Source: a virus (lineage: Duplodnaviria > Caudoviricetes). Taken from it: a DNA stretch of 64,000 nt. Position numbers and translations under genes: made by a program. The notes beneath the pieces are model-generated. The model saw only the letters and a list, made by a program, of their open reading frames with translations. It was not told where the DNA came from and made no database searches. Below are positions 55,277 through 64,000 of the stretch, one piece after another. The stretch covers positions 692 to 64,691 of the IMG/VR virus record IMGVR_UViG_3300046782_000291. One strand, written 5' to 3'. Position 1 is the first letter of the stretch, and every line of letters starts with the position of its first letter.

Positions 55277-56080
55277 CTACGATCCCACGTTCCAGAAGAG
55301 AATCGGTTGTTCCAACGACTCGATGACGCCTGGGACGTTGAGCCATGCCCAGGCCGGTGTCTCATAGTGGAGATGGGCTGGGAAGGGTGGCAACATCCCG
55401 GCACGCACTTCGAAGTAGGCACGCTTTTGATCCACCACGCGGAGCCGGTCCAGGTTTGCGTTCGGTTTGCCCCACGCCATGCGCGCCACATCACGCCTGA
55501 ATCGGGTCTCCTCGCGTGCATAGCCTTGGACGGCCACGACGGAGCCGGGGAAGCCCCGGAGGACCCCAGCCAGGTGCGTCCCGGTCCCCGTAGGAATGAC
55601 GATTGTCCCCGGAGCCAGGGGAAGCCCCAGGACCTCCGCCTCAACCGCCTCTACGGTCTCCGGAAGCCGCAGCCCGGTCGGAAACAAGAACCACTCTTCA
55701 CCCTCCAGCGCATCGAGGTGCTGCTGCATCGCATAGCGCATCACGAACTGACGATTGGCCGCGAGTGGAATCAACTCCACACCCAAGGATTGCACGGCCA
55801 TTGCCGGTCCAGGGATCGCATTCGGTGTTTTTGCATACCTCGGGTAGCCCACCTTGACGGTGCGTCCGAGGGTGAGACCAATAGTGGCGACCAACTGGCC
55901 GTTCAAACTCCGTCCGGTATCCACCACGGCGAGGGATGCGGTAGGACGGCGCTCAATGGCGGCCCAGACGCCACGCGCCTTGGACAACGGTGGGAACGGC
56001 CAGCACAGGTCCTCCCGCTTGACGTGGACCGTGATTCCACGAATGGGATAGGGTTCAATGGGCGTGGGCCGGAGTCTCAT
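55277..56080 (-). CDS. PLP-dependent (fold II) enzyme, probable DNA-base decarboxylase
   Basis: PTP, VKREDL...SKAR, VIPTGTGT..AG and LFWNVG motifs. Confidence 0.8.
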   Translation of the reverse strand: MRLRPTPIEPYPIRGITVHVKREDLCWPFPPLSKARGVWAAIERRPTASLAVVDTGRSLNGQLVATIGLTLGRTVKVGYPRYAKTPNAIPGPAMAVQSLGVELIPLAANRQFVMRYAMQQHLDALEGEEWFLFPTGLRLPETVEAVEAEVLGLPLAPGTIVIPTGTGTHLAGVLRGFPGSVVAVQGYAREETRFRRDVARMAWGKPNANLDRLRVVDQKRAYFEVRAGMLPPFPAHLHYETPAWAWLNVPGVIESLEQPILFWNVGS

Positions 56081-56970
56081 ACGGCCTCAGTCGGCGCAAG
56101 CACGCGCCCAGTATCGCGATAGACGGTCAACCGGTCCATCCGCCGTCCATTCCAGCCAGACATCTCTCCGAGGAGTTCAGCTGGGAAGACGGCACGACGT
56201 GCGGCCCAGAACACCGAGTCAGGCGGCAGCTTCTCAGTCATCATGTCGATGTCATGGCCCACGTAGTAGGTGCCCTTCGCGAGACTGTTGAAATCGCACA
56301 GCGCCGTCTCGAATTGGTCCAGCCCAGTGAATGGGACGCCTGCGCGCAACGCTCGCTGATACCAGGCTTCCTGGAGTTCGCGATTGGTCGCGCATTGTTC
56401 GAGTGTTTCCCCAGTCAACAACGCGAGACCGGGCACCGGCCCAGCGGTCACGCTTCCGCCACCGAGACCGATATCGTTGGCGGTGATCTTGTAGTCCATG
56501 ACGTTCTTCAAGAGGTCAGCCCACTTGTAGCTGGACCACGAACCTGCGCCCCATACCTCTTCGAAGTCAGACCGAATCGCCCACCAACCGGTCTGCGGGT
56601 CTGGCGCATCGAGCAACGAGAAGTCTACCCAACCCTTCAACGAGTGATACGGCTTCGCGTTCCGAAATACGCTCTGGATGAACTTGTTCACCGCCTCGGC
56701 ATTCCCTCGCATCCCACGGCGTTCCACGCCGGTCGGAAGGGCTGGGAGTAGACGCTCATCAAACGGATGTGGATGATACGTCCAGGCAAACTCCGCGCTG
56801 CCAAGGTGGTAATACGTGACATACAGAATCAGCCGCCACAACTGGAGTTCTTCATCCAAGTGCTCCGTCTGGAAGACAGAGCGCAGGACAGGGTATGCCG
56901 GGTCTATGTCTTGACTCGTCAGTTGGTATTTCGCGAACGTCGTGAAATCGGTCCATCGGTCTTTCGGCAT
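56077..56970 (-). CDS. Amino acid:DNA transferase (aGPT-Pplase2/AADT-like)
   Basis: DIDP.Y, G.ERRG.R, G.W...K..D and ET.LCDF......YYVGHDI motifs. Confidence 0.78.
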   Translation of the reverse strand: MPKDRWTDFTTFAKYQLTSQDIDPAYPVLRSVFQTEHLDEELQLWRLILYVTYYHLGSAEFAWTYHPHPFDERLLPALPTGVERRGMRGNAEAVNKFIQSVFRNAKPYHSLKGWVDFSLLDAPDPQTGWWAIRSDFEEVWGAGSWSSYKWADLLKNVMDYKITANDIGLGGGSVTAGPVPGLALLTGETLEQCATNRELQEAWYQRALRAGVPFTGLDQFETALCDFNSLAKGTYYVGHDIDMMTEKLPPDSVFWAARRAVFPAELLGEMSGWNGRRMDRLTVYRDTGRVLAPTEAV

Positions 56971-57011
56971 CCAAGTATCCTAGTGGGAAGGGGTCCCCAA
57001 GTAAAGGGAAA

Positions 57012-57632
57012 TCATATGGCGGAGACGTTCGATCCCAGCAGTTCGCGAAACTGTTGAAGGAACAGTTCCTCCGACTGTCTCCACGTCCATGGAGCCCACG
57101 GTCCTACGCGGGCCATCTCCTTGATGGTGGGCGGTGGATAGTCTGGCAGGTCAAACATCGCATGGGTCGGTGAGTTCTTGTAGGCTTCGAACCGGACCAT
57201 GAGCGTGTCCGCGATGTTCACCAGTGGATGCTGAATCTCTGCACACCCAAACCGGCGATAGATAGTGCGCTGCGTCGTGGCTTCCACCCGACGATACGCG
57301 GCAAACTCCGGCGAGGCTTTGAGCCACTTCGTCACGTCACCCAGATACGCCTCGGAGGCATCGTGAAGCAACGCTTGGAGCGCCACCTTGCTCGCCCCAC
57401 ACGAACATGTGCCCCGTGACAATCCGCCGAAGGTACAATTCACCTCGTGGAGATCGCACAACCGACTGACGTACACCGAGTGTTGCGCGACGGAGTTGGG
57501 CCGCTGGGTATGCCCACAGAACCGGTTGATGAGCGCGAGGGAGTGAGCGATGTCCTCGATGACAATGTCCGTCTCCTTGACGAAGAGGGGATTGACGCGG
57601 AGACCGGTGAATGTTTCGATGATGGGTGTCAT
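57012..57632 (-). CDS. HD-domain nucleotidase (YfbR/5'-deoxynucleotidase-like)
   Basis: IEDIAHSL...NRF.GH...SVAQHS and LLHDASEAYLGD motifs. Confidence 0.85.
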   Translation of the reverse strand: MTPIIETFTGLRVNPLFVKETDIVIEDIAHSLALINRFCGHTQRPNSVAQHSVYVSRLCDLHEVNCTFGGLSRGTCSCGASKVALQALLHDASEAYLGDVTKWLKASPEFAAYRRVEATTQRTIYRRFGCAEIQHPLVNIADTLMVRFEAYKNSPTHAMFDLPDYPPPTIKEMARVGPWAPWTWRQSEELFLQQFRELLGSNVSAI

Positions 57633-57634
57633 GG

Positions 57635-58045
57635 TTAGCGCATGCGCCTGGGCTGATGGTGGAGTTCTCGAAGGAACGCGACGATGAACTTGTGGTTGAA
57701 TCCGGTGGTATGGCACATGGGCGTGTATTCCCCAGATGGGTACATATCCCGAGGGTGAACAATCAAAGTGCGCTTGGTTCTTTCAAGCTCCTCGTACACC
57801 GCATACCAGCAGTCACCCTGGATCGCGAGTCGCTTACACGTGAGGTTCTGAAGGTCGGTCTGGTCGATGTCCGGGTTCGCGTGCTTCACTTCCAGCCAGG
57901 ACGTTCGCCCACTCAACGTCATGCTGATATCGGGTCCTCCCGCCGTCGAATCGTTGTGCTTGATGAGCACCGCGTTCTTGAAGAACGGACGGAGGTGATT
58001 GTTCAACAAGTCATGCAGTAGTGTATGCTCGGTCTCCGTCTTCAT
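57635..58045 (-). CDS. VRR-NUC/Holliday-junction-resolvase-like nuclease
   Basis: E...GGPD...WLEVK...Q motif. Confidence 0.65.
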   Translation of the reverse strand: MKTETEHTLLHDLLNNHLRPFFKNAVLIKHNDSTAGGPDISMTLSGRTSWLEVKHANPDIDQTDLQNLTCKRLAIQGDCWYAVYEELERTKRTLIVHPRDMYPSGEYTPMCHTTGFNHKFIVAFLRELHHQPRRMR

Positions 58046-60078
58046 GCACACTCCTTCCAGTTGCGGCCAGTGGATACATCCCACAAGATGGGGATGCGCA
58101 GTTCGGGAAACGACTGGTGGTTGAGCACGCGGCTGACGCGTCTCGCACTCTCCTGGTCGGGCACGTCCCCATCCGCCTCGTCGTGGACCGTGTAGCGGAG
58201 GATGAGCCCGGTATCCTTGCGCGCCTTGTGCAGCTCAACAATCTTCGTCTTCATGATGTCCGCCGCGCCACCCTGGTCTACCATGTTGAATGCCTTGTGC
58301 GCTTCCCGGTTCTCTTCAGATCGGCTCCGGCGTCCCATGAAAGTAGTGACGTAGCCTCGGTGCTCATATTGGGCGTGGAGTTGGTCGCCTCGATGACAGC
58401 GGTCCGTACACTTCGACATGTACAGATGAGACGCCAGATCCAGAAGCCCTCGGACCTCGGGAAGTTCCTGGTCATAGATGGCGCGCACTTCCTTCGTGGC
58501 GGCGAGGGCGGGATGTTTCCACTGCTTGAGATCCTTGATCTGGTGGTACAGCGCCTCGCTGATATGGCCGAGCATCAGCGCCTGTTTCAGCATCTGGGCT
58601 CCGTACACGTAGGCGAAGTTCAGATCCTTCTGCTGACGATAGGTCTGGTCAGGCTTATGCGGCTTGATGCGCGACCACATGTACTTGTGGAAACTGATGG
58701 GCTCATTCGGGCTTCCCTTCGGCTGGCCCTCCTCCACCCACTTCCAGAATCGTTCCACCTCACCCTCGTATTGCTCGGTGACCCGAGGGTTGTTCGCGTA
58801 GTGGGCGAAGATGCGATACTCCACCTGCATCGCATCGGCGGCCAGCCACAGCCGTCCACGTTCTCCGGGAATGCGTAGCTGGCGGATGAGGAACAAGTCA
58901 TCGTCGTGCGAGTCATCGTCCTCATCGACGCCGAAGGCCACGCGTTGCTTCGCCACCTTCATCTCTTGCTGGATGTTAATCCCGACGTAATGGCCGTGTC
59001 CATCGTCCAGCGCCGCGCTGCTGAATCGACCAGTGATGGTTCCGGCTTTCCCGCCATGGTCGCTGAGCGGGTCTTTCGTCGTCCGCAGCTGATGGAGTGC
59101 ATAGCGGAGGATGCCACAGCTATCTACGTTCTTGCGATACTTCGTCAGATACTTACTGTTCAGGTTCGACAGCTTCGCCGCGTAGCGCATCAATCGAACG
59201 GCGGGCAAGTGCGCGTGTTGGGCCACCACCTTGTCGGTGAACGAGGGTGCGCCTGACGGGAGGTATTCGAGGGGCAGATGGAGATACTCCCACAGCCGCT
59301 GGCGGTCCGCTGGCGACCGAGGGTTCACCACAAACCCTACCATCTTCGCCAGGTCATACAACGCCTTCTCCGCCCGTCGTTTGACCTCCGGGATCCACTT
59401 GTCGAGCAACTCCACGTCGATGGGCGCGCCATTCCGTTCCATCTCGCAGACCGGGAAGATGACCTGATCCTCGAGCGCCCGCACACGCTGGAGGTTCTGC
59501 TCATCGAGCATCGGCCAGAAGACCTCGCGCAACTGATGGACGGCTTCCACCTGGTACAGTGCGCGGTCTACGGTCTCCGCCGCATGATACTCGACCATCC
59601 GGCTTTCATCCACCCTCGGGATGGTGGCTCCACCTACGTAGTCCGTCAACAGTTGGTCGAGGTTGAATCGGAGCCGGTGGTCATCGAGCAATGCCGCGTA
59701 GTGCGAGACATCGCTGACCGTACAGTTCTGGGCTTCCAGATCAATACCCCAGGCGTACATCTGGTGGATGTCGAACTTCGTATGGATGTTCGTCATGTGG
59801 AGGTCGCGCAGTTCACGCTGGGCCCAGCGTTTGCACGTCGCCTCGTCCAGATTCCCTCCGGCATAGCCCCATGGGAGGAAGTGCTTGGAGCCGTCCGGCA
59901 GGCGCACCGCGATACTGATGGGCAGGTCTCCATCGTACCACTGCACACCCGTCGTCTCCACGTTCATGACGATGTCTTTGATCCCTCGGGAGGCAATCTG
60001 GGGTGGCTCTGACGGTCGCCAGTCGCTGTGGCGCTCCTCTCGGAGCGTATCAAAGAGGGAAGGCTGGCGTTGTCTCAT
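58042..60078 (-). CDS. polA: DNA polymerase, family A
   Basis: TGRFSS, motif A ADAMQVEYR, motif B KDLNFAYVYG, QGGAADIMK and motif C VHDE. Confidence 0.92.
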   Translation of the reverse strand: MRQRQPSLFDTLREERHSDWRPSEPPQIASRGIKDIVMNVETTGVQWYDGDLPISIAVRLPDGSKHFLPWGYAGGNLDEATCKRWAQRELRDLHMTNIHTKFDIHQMYAWGIDLEAQNCTVSDVSHYAALLDDHRLRFNLDQLLTDYVGGATIPRVDESRMVEYHAAETVDRALYQVEAVHQLREVFWPMLDEQNLQRVRALEDQVIFPVCEMERNGAPIDVELLDKWIPEVKRRAEKALYDLAKMVGFVVNPRSPADRQRLWEYLHLPLEYLPSGAPSFTDKVVAQHAHLPAVRLMRYAAKLSNLNSKYLTKYRKNVDSCGILRYALHQLRTTKDPLSDHGGKAGTITGRFSSAALDDGHGHYVGINIQQEMKVAKQRVAFGVDEDDDSHDDDLFLIRQLRIPGERGRLWLAADAMQVEYRIFAHYANNPRVTEQYEGEVERFWKWVEEGQPKGSPNEPISFHKYMWSRIKPHKPDQTYRQQKDLNFAYVYGAQMLKQALMLGHISEALYHQIKDLKQWKHPALAATKEVRAIYDQELPEVRGLLDLASHLYMSKCTDRCHRGDQLHAQYEHRGYVTTFMGRRSRSEENREAHKAFNMVDQGGAADIMKTKIVELHKARKDTGLILRYTVHDEADGDVPDQESARRVSRVLNHQSFPELRIPILWDVSTGRNWKECA

Positions 60079-60266
60079 GCATCCTCGAACAACGATGGTT
60101 GCGTTGGTTGGGTCCGTTGCCCGGTCGTGTAGCGGAGACAGTTCTCACACCGCCAGAGCCGCATGCCCACGAGGAGGAACCGACACGACGTGCAGACCGG
60201 ACGCGGTGGGATGGGGTCCGGTTGGTCACGTAGCGTCGCACCTCGGTCCGTCAGAAGCACGCTCAT
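60075..60266 (-). CDS. Small Zn-ribbon hypothetical protein
   Basis: CTSC...CENC; ATGA overlaps. Confidence 0.5.
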   Translation of the reverse strand: MSVLLTDRGATLRDQPDPIPPRPVCTSCRFLLVGMRLWRCENCLRYTTGQRTQPTQPSLFEDA

Positions 60267-60613
60267 TCCCGGTCATCCTTCACTTCACCTTTCGCCACCT
60301 GGACGGCGTGCGAGTGACCGGCGATGGCCTCTTCCTGCGACGTGTAGCGCCACTGGTCTTGGTCGTGTTCACCATTGAAGACCATTGTCTCCCAGAGCAC
60401 CGGTGGCCCATCACCGAAGCTATGGTCCAGGCCGAGGAAGACGGTGGAGACCAGGATCTTCTCGGTCACCACATCGCCATCCAGCACACGCGTGACGCTG
60501 AACTCGTCCTTTGCCACGTGTCTATCTTGCCCCTCGAACCACTCAGCCCATTCGATGATATTTTTACAGAGTTGCGGCTTCCCCTCTTCGTCCAAGATGT
60601 AGTTCATTCCCAT
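60263..60613 (-). CDS. Conserved phage hypothetical protein
   Basis: VSTVFLGLDH...P.LWETMVF...RY....EA..GH motif. Confidence 0.7.
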   Translation of the reverse strand: MGMNYILDEEGKPQLCKNIIEWAEWFEGQDRHVAKDEFSVTRVLDGDVVTEKILVSTVFLGLDHSFGDGPPVLWETMVFNGEHDQDQWRYTSQEEAIAGHSHAVQVAKGEVKDDRE

Positions 60614-60614
60614 G

Positions 60615-60818
60615 TTATGACTCCTCGTCCAAGTAGTGCGTGTTCATGACCACCTCACCTCGTCGTGGCCGCGCCAGTGAGAGGACCGAGGAGAGGTCTG
60701 CCGTGGTGAGGATGTTCTCGACACGAATGAACCCGTATTCCACGTCATTGATTCGGATGCGCTGTTGGTCTATTTCTGACTTGATGCGCGAGAAGTAGAA
60801 GATCCCGACTCGCCTCAC
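60615..60818 (-). CDS. Hypothetical protein
   Basis: Tight gene packing, GTGA overlap. Confidence 0.45.
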   Translation of the reverse strand: MRRVGIFYFSRIKSEIDQQRIRINDVEYGFIRVENILTTADLSSVLSLARPRRGEVVMNTHYLDEES

Positions 60819-61060
60819 GGCTGGCCCTCCGGCTGGACTTCAGACGGGAAGGTATCGAGGGCCACGGGAATGATCGTGCTGGGCTCCGGCGTGGCGAGGA
60901 GCGCAGCCGCGTGGGCGTCCTGAAGAGGCTTCCTCCGAGCCGCACGACGAAGCCCACTCGGACCGTTCCGCCGTTTACTGCGCCGAAGGGCCATGCGTTC
61001 CGGTGGCGTGTAGTGCTTTGGCTTCTTGACGTGTTGACGACGGGTCTTTGCTTGTCTCAC
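60815..61060 (-). CDS. Basic hypothetical protein
   Basis: GGAG RBS, GTGA overlap. Confidence 0.45.
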   Translation of the reverse strand: MRQAKTRRQHVKKPKHYTPPERMALRRSKRRNGPSGLRRAARRKPLQDAHAAALLATPEPSTIIPVALDTFPSEVQPEGQP

Positions 61061-61317
61061 TGGGTCTCCTTCTTGGGTACAACGTAGAGTTGAAAGATCG
61101 AATCGATATGCGCGATGTCACCCTGCCGATGCGCTGGGCACTGCGGTAGCGTCACCTCGTGGAGACAGAGATTGCAGAGGTGCCCGCACCGGACGCCTTC
61201 CGCATACGTCCCATCGCCTCGTGGACGGCTGAAATGAAACACTTCCACCGCGTAGACCGGGTGGACACAAAGCCTATGGCGTGCGAGGAGTTTCAGAAGT
61301 GCGCGTGGGATCGTCAT
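61057..61317 (-). CDS. Cys/His-rich hypothetical protein
   Basis: ATGA overlap. Confidence 0.45.
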   Translation of the reverse strand: MTIPRALLKLLARHRLCVHPVYAVEVFHFSRPRGDGTYAEGVRCGHLCNLCLHEVTLPQCPAHRQGDIAHIDSIFQLYVVPKKETQ

Positions 61318-61526
61318 GACGGGTTCTTGGCGGCTTCTTCAGCCATCTGTATGTGATACTCTTGGGCAGAGACCCGTTGCCCGTCGATCCGATACCATCG
61401 CGGTCCTGGGATGAAGACGTGATACAGGTCGGCGGTATATCCAGACGTCACGTGCTCTCTACATACGCGGCATTCGGTGTGACCGAGGGCAAACCCCTCT
61501 TCATCTTCCCCATCCTTGATCCACAT
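61314..61526 (-). CDS. Hypothetical protein
   Basis: ORF track; CRVC motif. Confidence 0.45.
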   Translation of the reverse strand: MWIKDGEDEEGFALGHTECRVCREHVTSGYTADLYHVFIPGPRWYRIDGQRVSAQEYHIQMAEEAAKNPS

Positions 61527-61767
61527 CAGCGTGGGTAGGTCATACTGGACTCGATCCTCCTTCTTCTCGATGGACCAACGATGGACATGACCTGCCTTGT
61601 CGGCGTAGCTCCACGAGGGGGTCAGGATGATTCATGCTTGTTACCTCAAGCATCTCGCAGCCGGTCTCGAAGGTCTTGGTCATTCGTTCCACCAGTGTCC
61701 CCACCATTGCCAGAGGATGAACGCGGCCATCGCGAGGAGGAGTCCAGCCAGGAACCACTTCTCAGCT

Positions 61768-62187
61768 TCACGCTTGAGGTCTGGCATGGATCGCTTCCCA
61801 CAGGGCCTTGAACTTGTCACGCTCATCAGTCACAGCCACGAGCAAGTCAGAGACACGGGCGTTGACTCCGGTCAGTAGGTCGCGCTGCGTGCGTGCCTCA
61901 TTGCGTTCAGTCAGTAGCGTATTGGCTTCCACGCCCATTCGGAAGATCAGGTCTTGTGCTCTACTGACCTCGATAGACCGGGCTTCTAGTTGCTTGACGA
62001 GGTGTGCACGTTCGCCCATTAGCACCTGTTGCCCGTGCTTGAGCGCGGCGACTTCGCCAGTCAGTGCGGCGATCTGCTGCTGTGCCTCTGAGAGTGCTCT
62101 AGCCGCGTCACCTTGTTCAAGGACAAGCTCCTTCGGAACATGGATACGGTTGGCTTCTTTGCTTGGAATCTCACTCTGTTTCGTCAT
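61768..62187 (-). CDS. Coiled-coil hypothetical protein
   Basis: GGAGG RBS; heptad pattern. Confidence 0.6.
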   Translation of the reverse strand: MTKQSEIPSKEANRIHVPKELVLEQGDAARALSEAQQQIAALTGEVAALKHGQQVLMGERAHLVKQLEARSIEVSRAQDLIFRMGVEANTLLTERNEARTQRDLLTGVNARVSDLLVAVTDERDKFKALWEAIHARPQA

Positions 62188-62420
62188 CGTTCCCTCCGGG
62201 TGACCCGCACGCGCCCATGGAGTTGTTCCCGCGCCACTTGGTCACTTCGACGGTCCACGTATTCCTTGCCGGCGGCATTGAGTCGGAAACACCAGACCAT
62301 CCCTGTCCGCGTATCCGCGACAAAGCATCGCATCGTCACATCGATGCCGTTGAGCCAGACAATCGAACGGTGGCACTTGTTCTTGTGTCGCAGCGACCGT
62401 CGATGGGCATCGAGTCTCAT
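62184..62420 (-). CDS. Hypothetical protein
   Basis: V.LNG.DVT..C..ADT..G.V pattern. Confidence 0.55.
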   Translation of the reverse strand: MRLDAHRRSLRHKNKCHRSIVWLNGIDVTMRCFVADTRTGMVWCFRLNAAGKEYVDRRSDQVAREQLHGRVRVTRRER

Positions 62421-62442
62421 TTGAGCACCGCGTCAATTTTGC

Positions 62443-62757
62443 TCATTTGACCTCCGGCGTCTTCTTCGAAATGGTCTCGCTCAGGATGTACTCCACGTCG
62501 ATGACGTCACTCTCGGTGATGACGTCCCACCGTTCACGAATGAACTGGTGGGCTATCTTCATCGTGCGACCCTCGCGAGGGTTCCACTCATAGGGGTCAT
62601 GCTGCATCGTCATCTTCGCGAGATTGAGCAAGAGGATAGACCGCTGCTCCCCAAAGCCGGCACGCCACGCGAGGCGATGGTCATACTTACTGATCTCAAT
62701 CGCGAGGGCGGGAATGAGCGTGCCTCGGTCTCGAATCTCTAGGAACTTCGTGATCAC
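62443..62757 (-). CDS. Conserved phage hypothetical protein
   Basis: EIRDRGT.IP...DPY.W...RTM..AH..I...W......DVIDVE.IL.E pattern. Confidence 0.65.
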   Translation of the reverse strand: MITKFLEIRDRGTLIPALAIEISKYDHRLAWRAGFGEQRSILLLNLAKMTMQHDPYEWNPREGRTMKIAHQFIRERWDVITESDVIDVEYILSETISKKTPEVK

Positions 62758-63029
62758 TCGGTGGTCTCCTCGATGATTATCACGTTGATGGTTTTGTAGA
62801 GCGTATTGCCACGCAGATTGATGAATGGGGCGACCGCATGAAGGAACTCTGCGATCTTCGTCTTGCCTGTTCCTTGTGGGCCGGAAATGGTAATACGGAC
62901 GACAGGCGTTTCAACAGCCGCCTCAATACCCGCATCGAGGGTGGCTTGGATCCGTTGCAAGTTCCGCTTGGTACGCTTCTTGAGCGCCCTCGTATGTTGC
63001 GAGTTGAGCGCCGACAAATTGCGTTTCAC
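62754..63029 (-). CDS. Small protein with an isolated P-loop motif
   Basis: ITISGPQGTGKT; GGAG RBS before GTG 63029. Confidence 0.55.
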   Translation of the reverse strand: MKRNLSALNSQHTRALKKRTKRNLQRIQATLDAGIEAAVETPVVRITISGPQGTGKTKIAEFLHAVAPFINLRGNTLYKTINVIIIEETTE

Positions 63030-63229
63030 TGAACGGTCTCCTCCGGCGCATGTTCTTGAATCCACTGGGCGCGTGCCTGGGCCACGGCTCCCGCCGCCAA
63101 CCCGAGGGCAAATGCTCGTTCGGGTGGGAACTTCGCCGGCAGTTCATGCGCCACCTCTAGGAAGGCACGAACCAACTGCTGGAGTTCCCAGGCGACGGCT
63201 CCGGCATCCAACTCGACAATAGTGCTCAC
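63026..63229 (-). CDS. Hypothetical protein
   Basis: GTGA overlaps. Confidence 0.45.
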   Translation of the reverse strand: MSTIVELDAGAVAWELQQLVRAFLEVAHELPAKFPPERAFALGLAAGAVAQARAQWIQEHAPEETVQ

Positions 63230-63462
63230 TGGGGCCGTCCACCGACAACCATCTGAGCCAGCTGTTCCTTCGTGATCTTCCGAACCTCTTCACGCGTTGG
63301 CCGTCGCACTTCCACCGCACCATAGACCAGCGCGTGGAGCAACAGTTCCTGGATCGGCTCCGGTAGTCCTTCGAGGAGGGCGGAAATGACCCGCCCATCA
63401 CACTCGTGGCAGAACCCACAATCCGCACAACGGGGCTTCTTACAGCTGAGACAGTCCTCCAT
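63226..63462 (-). CDS. Cys-rich hypothetical protein
   Basis: GGAG RBS; CLSC..CADC..CHEC. Confidence 0.5.
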   Translation of the reverse strand: MEDCLSCKKPRCADCGFCHECDGRVISALLEGLPEPIQELLLHALVYGAVEVRRPTREEVRKITKEQLAQMVVGGRPQ

Positions 63463-63463
63463 C

Positions 63464-63670
63464 TCACTCCTCCTTCTTGATATCCAGCCGTCCCAGGGCG
63501 GTCTCGGAAATCTCAATATGTACACGCAGGTTCGCCGGCAGTCCATTGAGGATCTGTTCGACCTCCCACAACTGCCGCATCTGGGAAATCGTCAGCGACT
63601 CCGAGCACTCCGCCTCGAACCGCATCGGACGGCGACGACCACGCTGTTGGATCGTAAGGGCCAGTTTCAT
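63464..63670 (-). CDS. Hypothetical protein
   Basis: GAGG RBS, ATGA overlap. Confidence 0.5.
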   Translation of the reverse strand: MKLALTIQQRGRRRPMRFEAECSESLTISQMRQLWEVEQILNGLPANLRVHIEISETALGRLDIKKEE

Positions 63671-63945
63671 TTCCCACCTCGGTTCTCTGACAGGTCCGCG
63701 AGGGCGAGAAGTTCCTGGTGACGCGTTTCCTGGCGTTGCATCAGTCGCTTCATCCGTTCCTGGATCATTACCTCGGCCATATCGTAGGCCAGCTCAGCGA
63801 TGATCGACGGGAGTGGACCACTGAGGTTCTGCACACCTTCCTCCCCATCCAGGAGAAGGGCATGCATCGCGGTCCGCGCAAACGTGTCGCGGAGCGTTTC
63901 AGTGTAGGTGGGAGGGAGGGCGCGTGTGTAGACTTCAGACGACAT
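63667..63945 (-). CDS. Conserved phage small protein
   Basis: TLRD.FA..AM..LL...A..AY.MA..M..ER motif. Confidence 0.65.
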   Translation of the reverse strand: MSSEVYTRALPPTYTETLRDTFARTAMHALLLDGEEGVQNLSGPLPSIIAELAYDMAEVMIQERMKRLMQRQETRHQELLALADLSENRGGK

Positions 63946-64000
63946 CGTTCAACCTTTCGGGAACCACGCCCATTGCGGGCGATAAAGTAATAGATACGCA

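Noticed and set aside
57012-57632. Z-genome (2-aminoadenine) system suggested by the HD phosphohydrolase
   Set aside because: No PurZ-like gene is seen; the context is thymidine modification
1-64000. tRNA genes, integrase/repressor, reverse transcriptase or diversity-generating retroelement, terminal repeats
   Set aside because: None recognised by eye; tRNAscan and HMM searches are needed to exclude them formally

Overview
This window is most or all of a tailed (siphovirus-like) phage genome with no visible integrase or repressor. The + strand arm (1-32.9 kb) carries a primase/VapE gene, a candidate origin, terminase, portal, head genes, three glycosyltransferases inside the morphogenesis operon, tail genes, a frameshift-fused glycoside-hydrolase-like gene and a PEP-CTERM gene. 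The - strand arm (33.2-64 kb) carries DNA ligase, UvrD and SNF2 helicases, a family A DNA polymerase and an M6-like thymidine hypermodification cluster with an extra MT-A70 methyltransferase. The standout feature is at 39.5-45.0 kb on the - strand: 13 type II hammerhead ribozyme motifs punctuate a ~6.6 kb operon of small genes, between a sigma70-like promoter (45356-45384) and a terminator (38779-38821). The catalytic core is invariant and all three stems show compensatory changes. In most copies the upstream stop codon is at the 5' strand of stem II and the downstream Shine-Dalgarno lies in the core/stem II 3' strand. This suggests a polycistronic mRNA that cuts itself into gene-sized units. 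All calls come from reading the sequence and ORF track; no database searches or folding programs were run.
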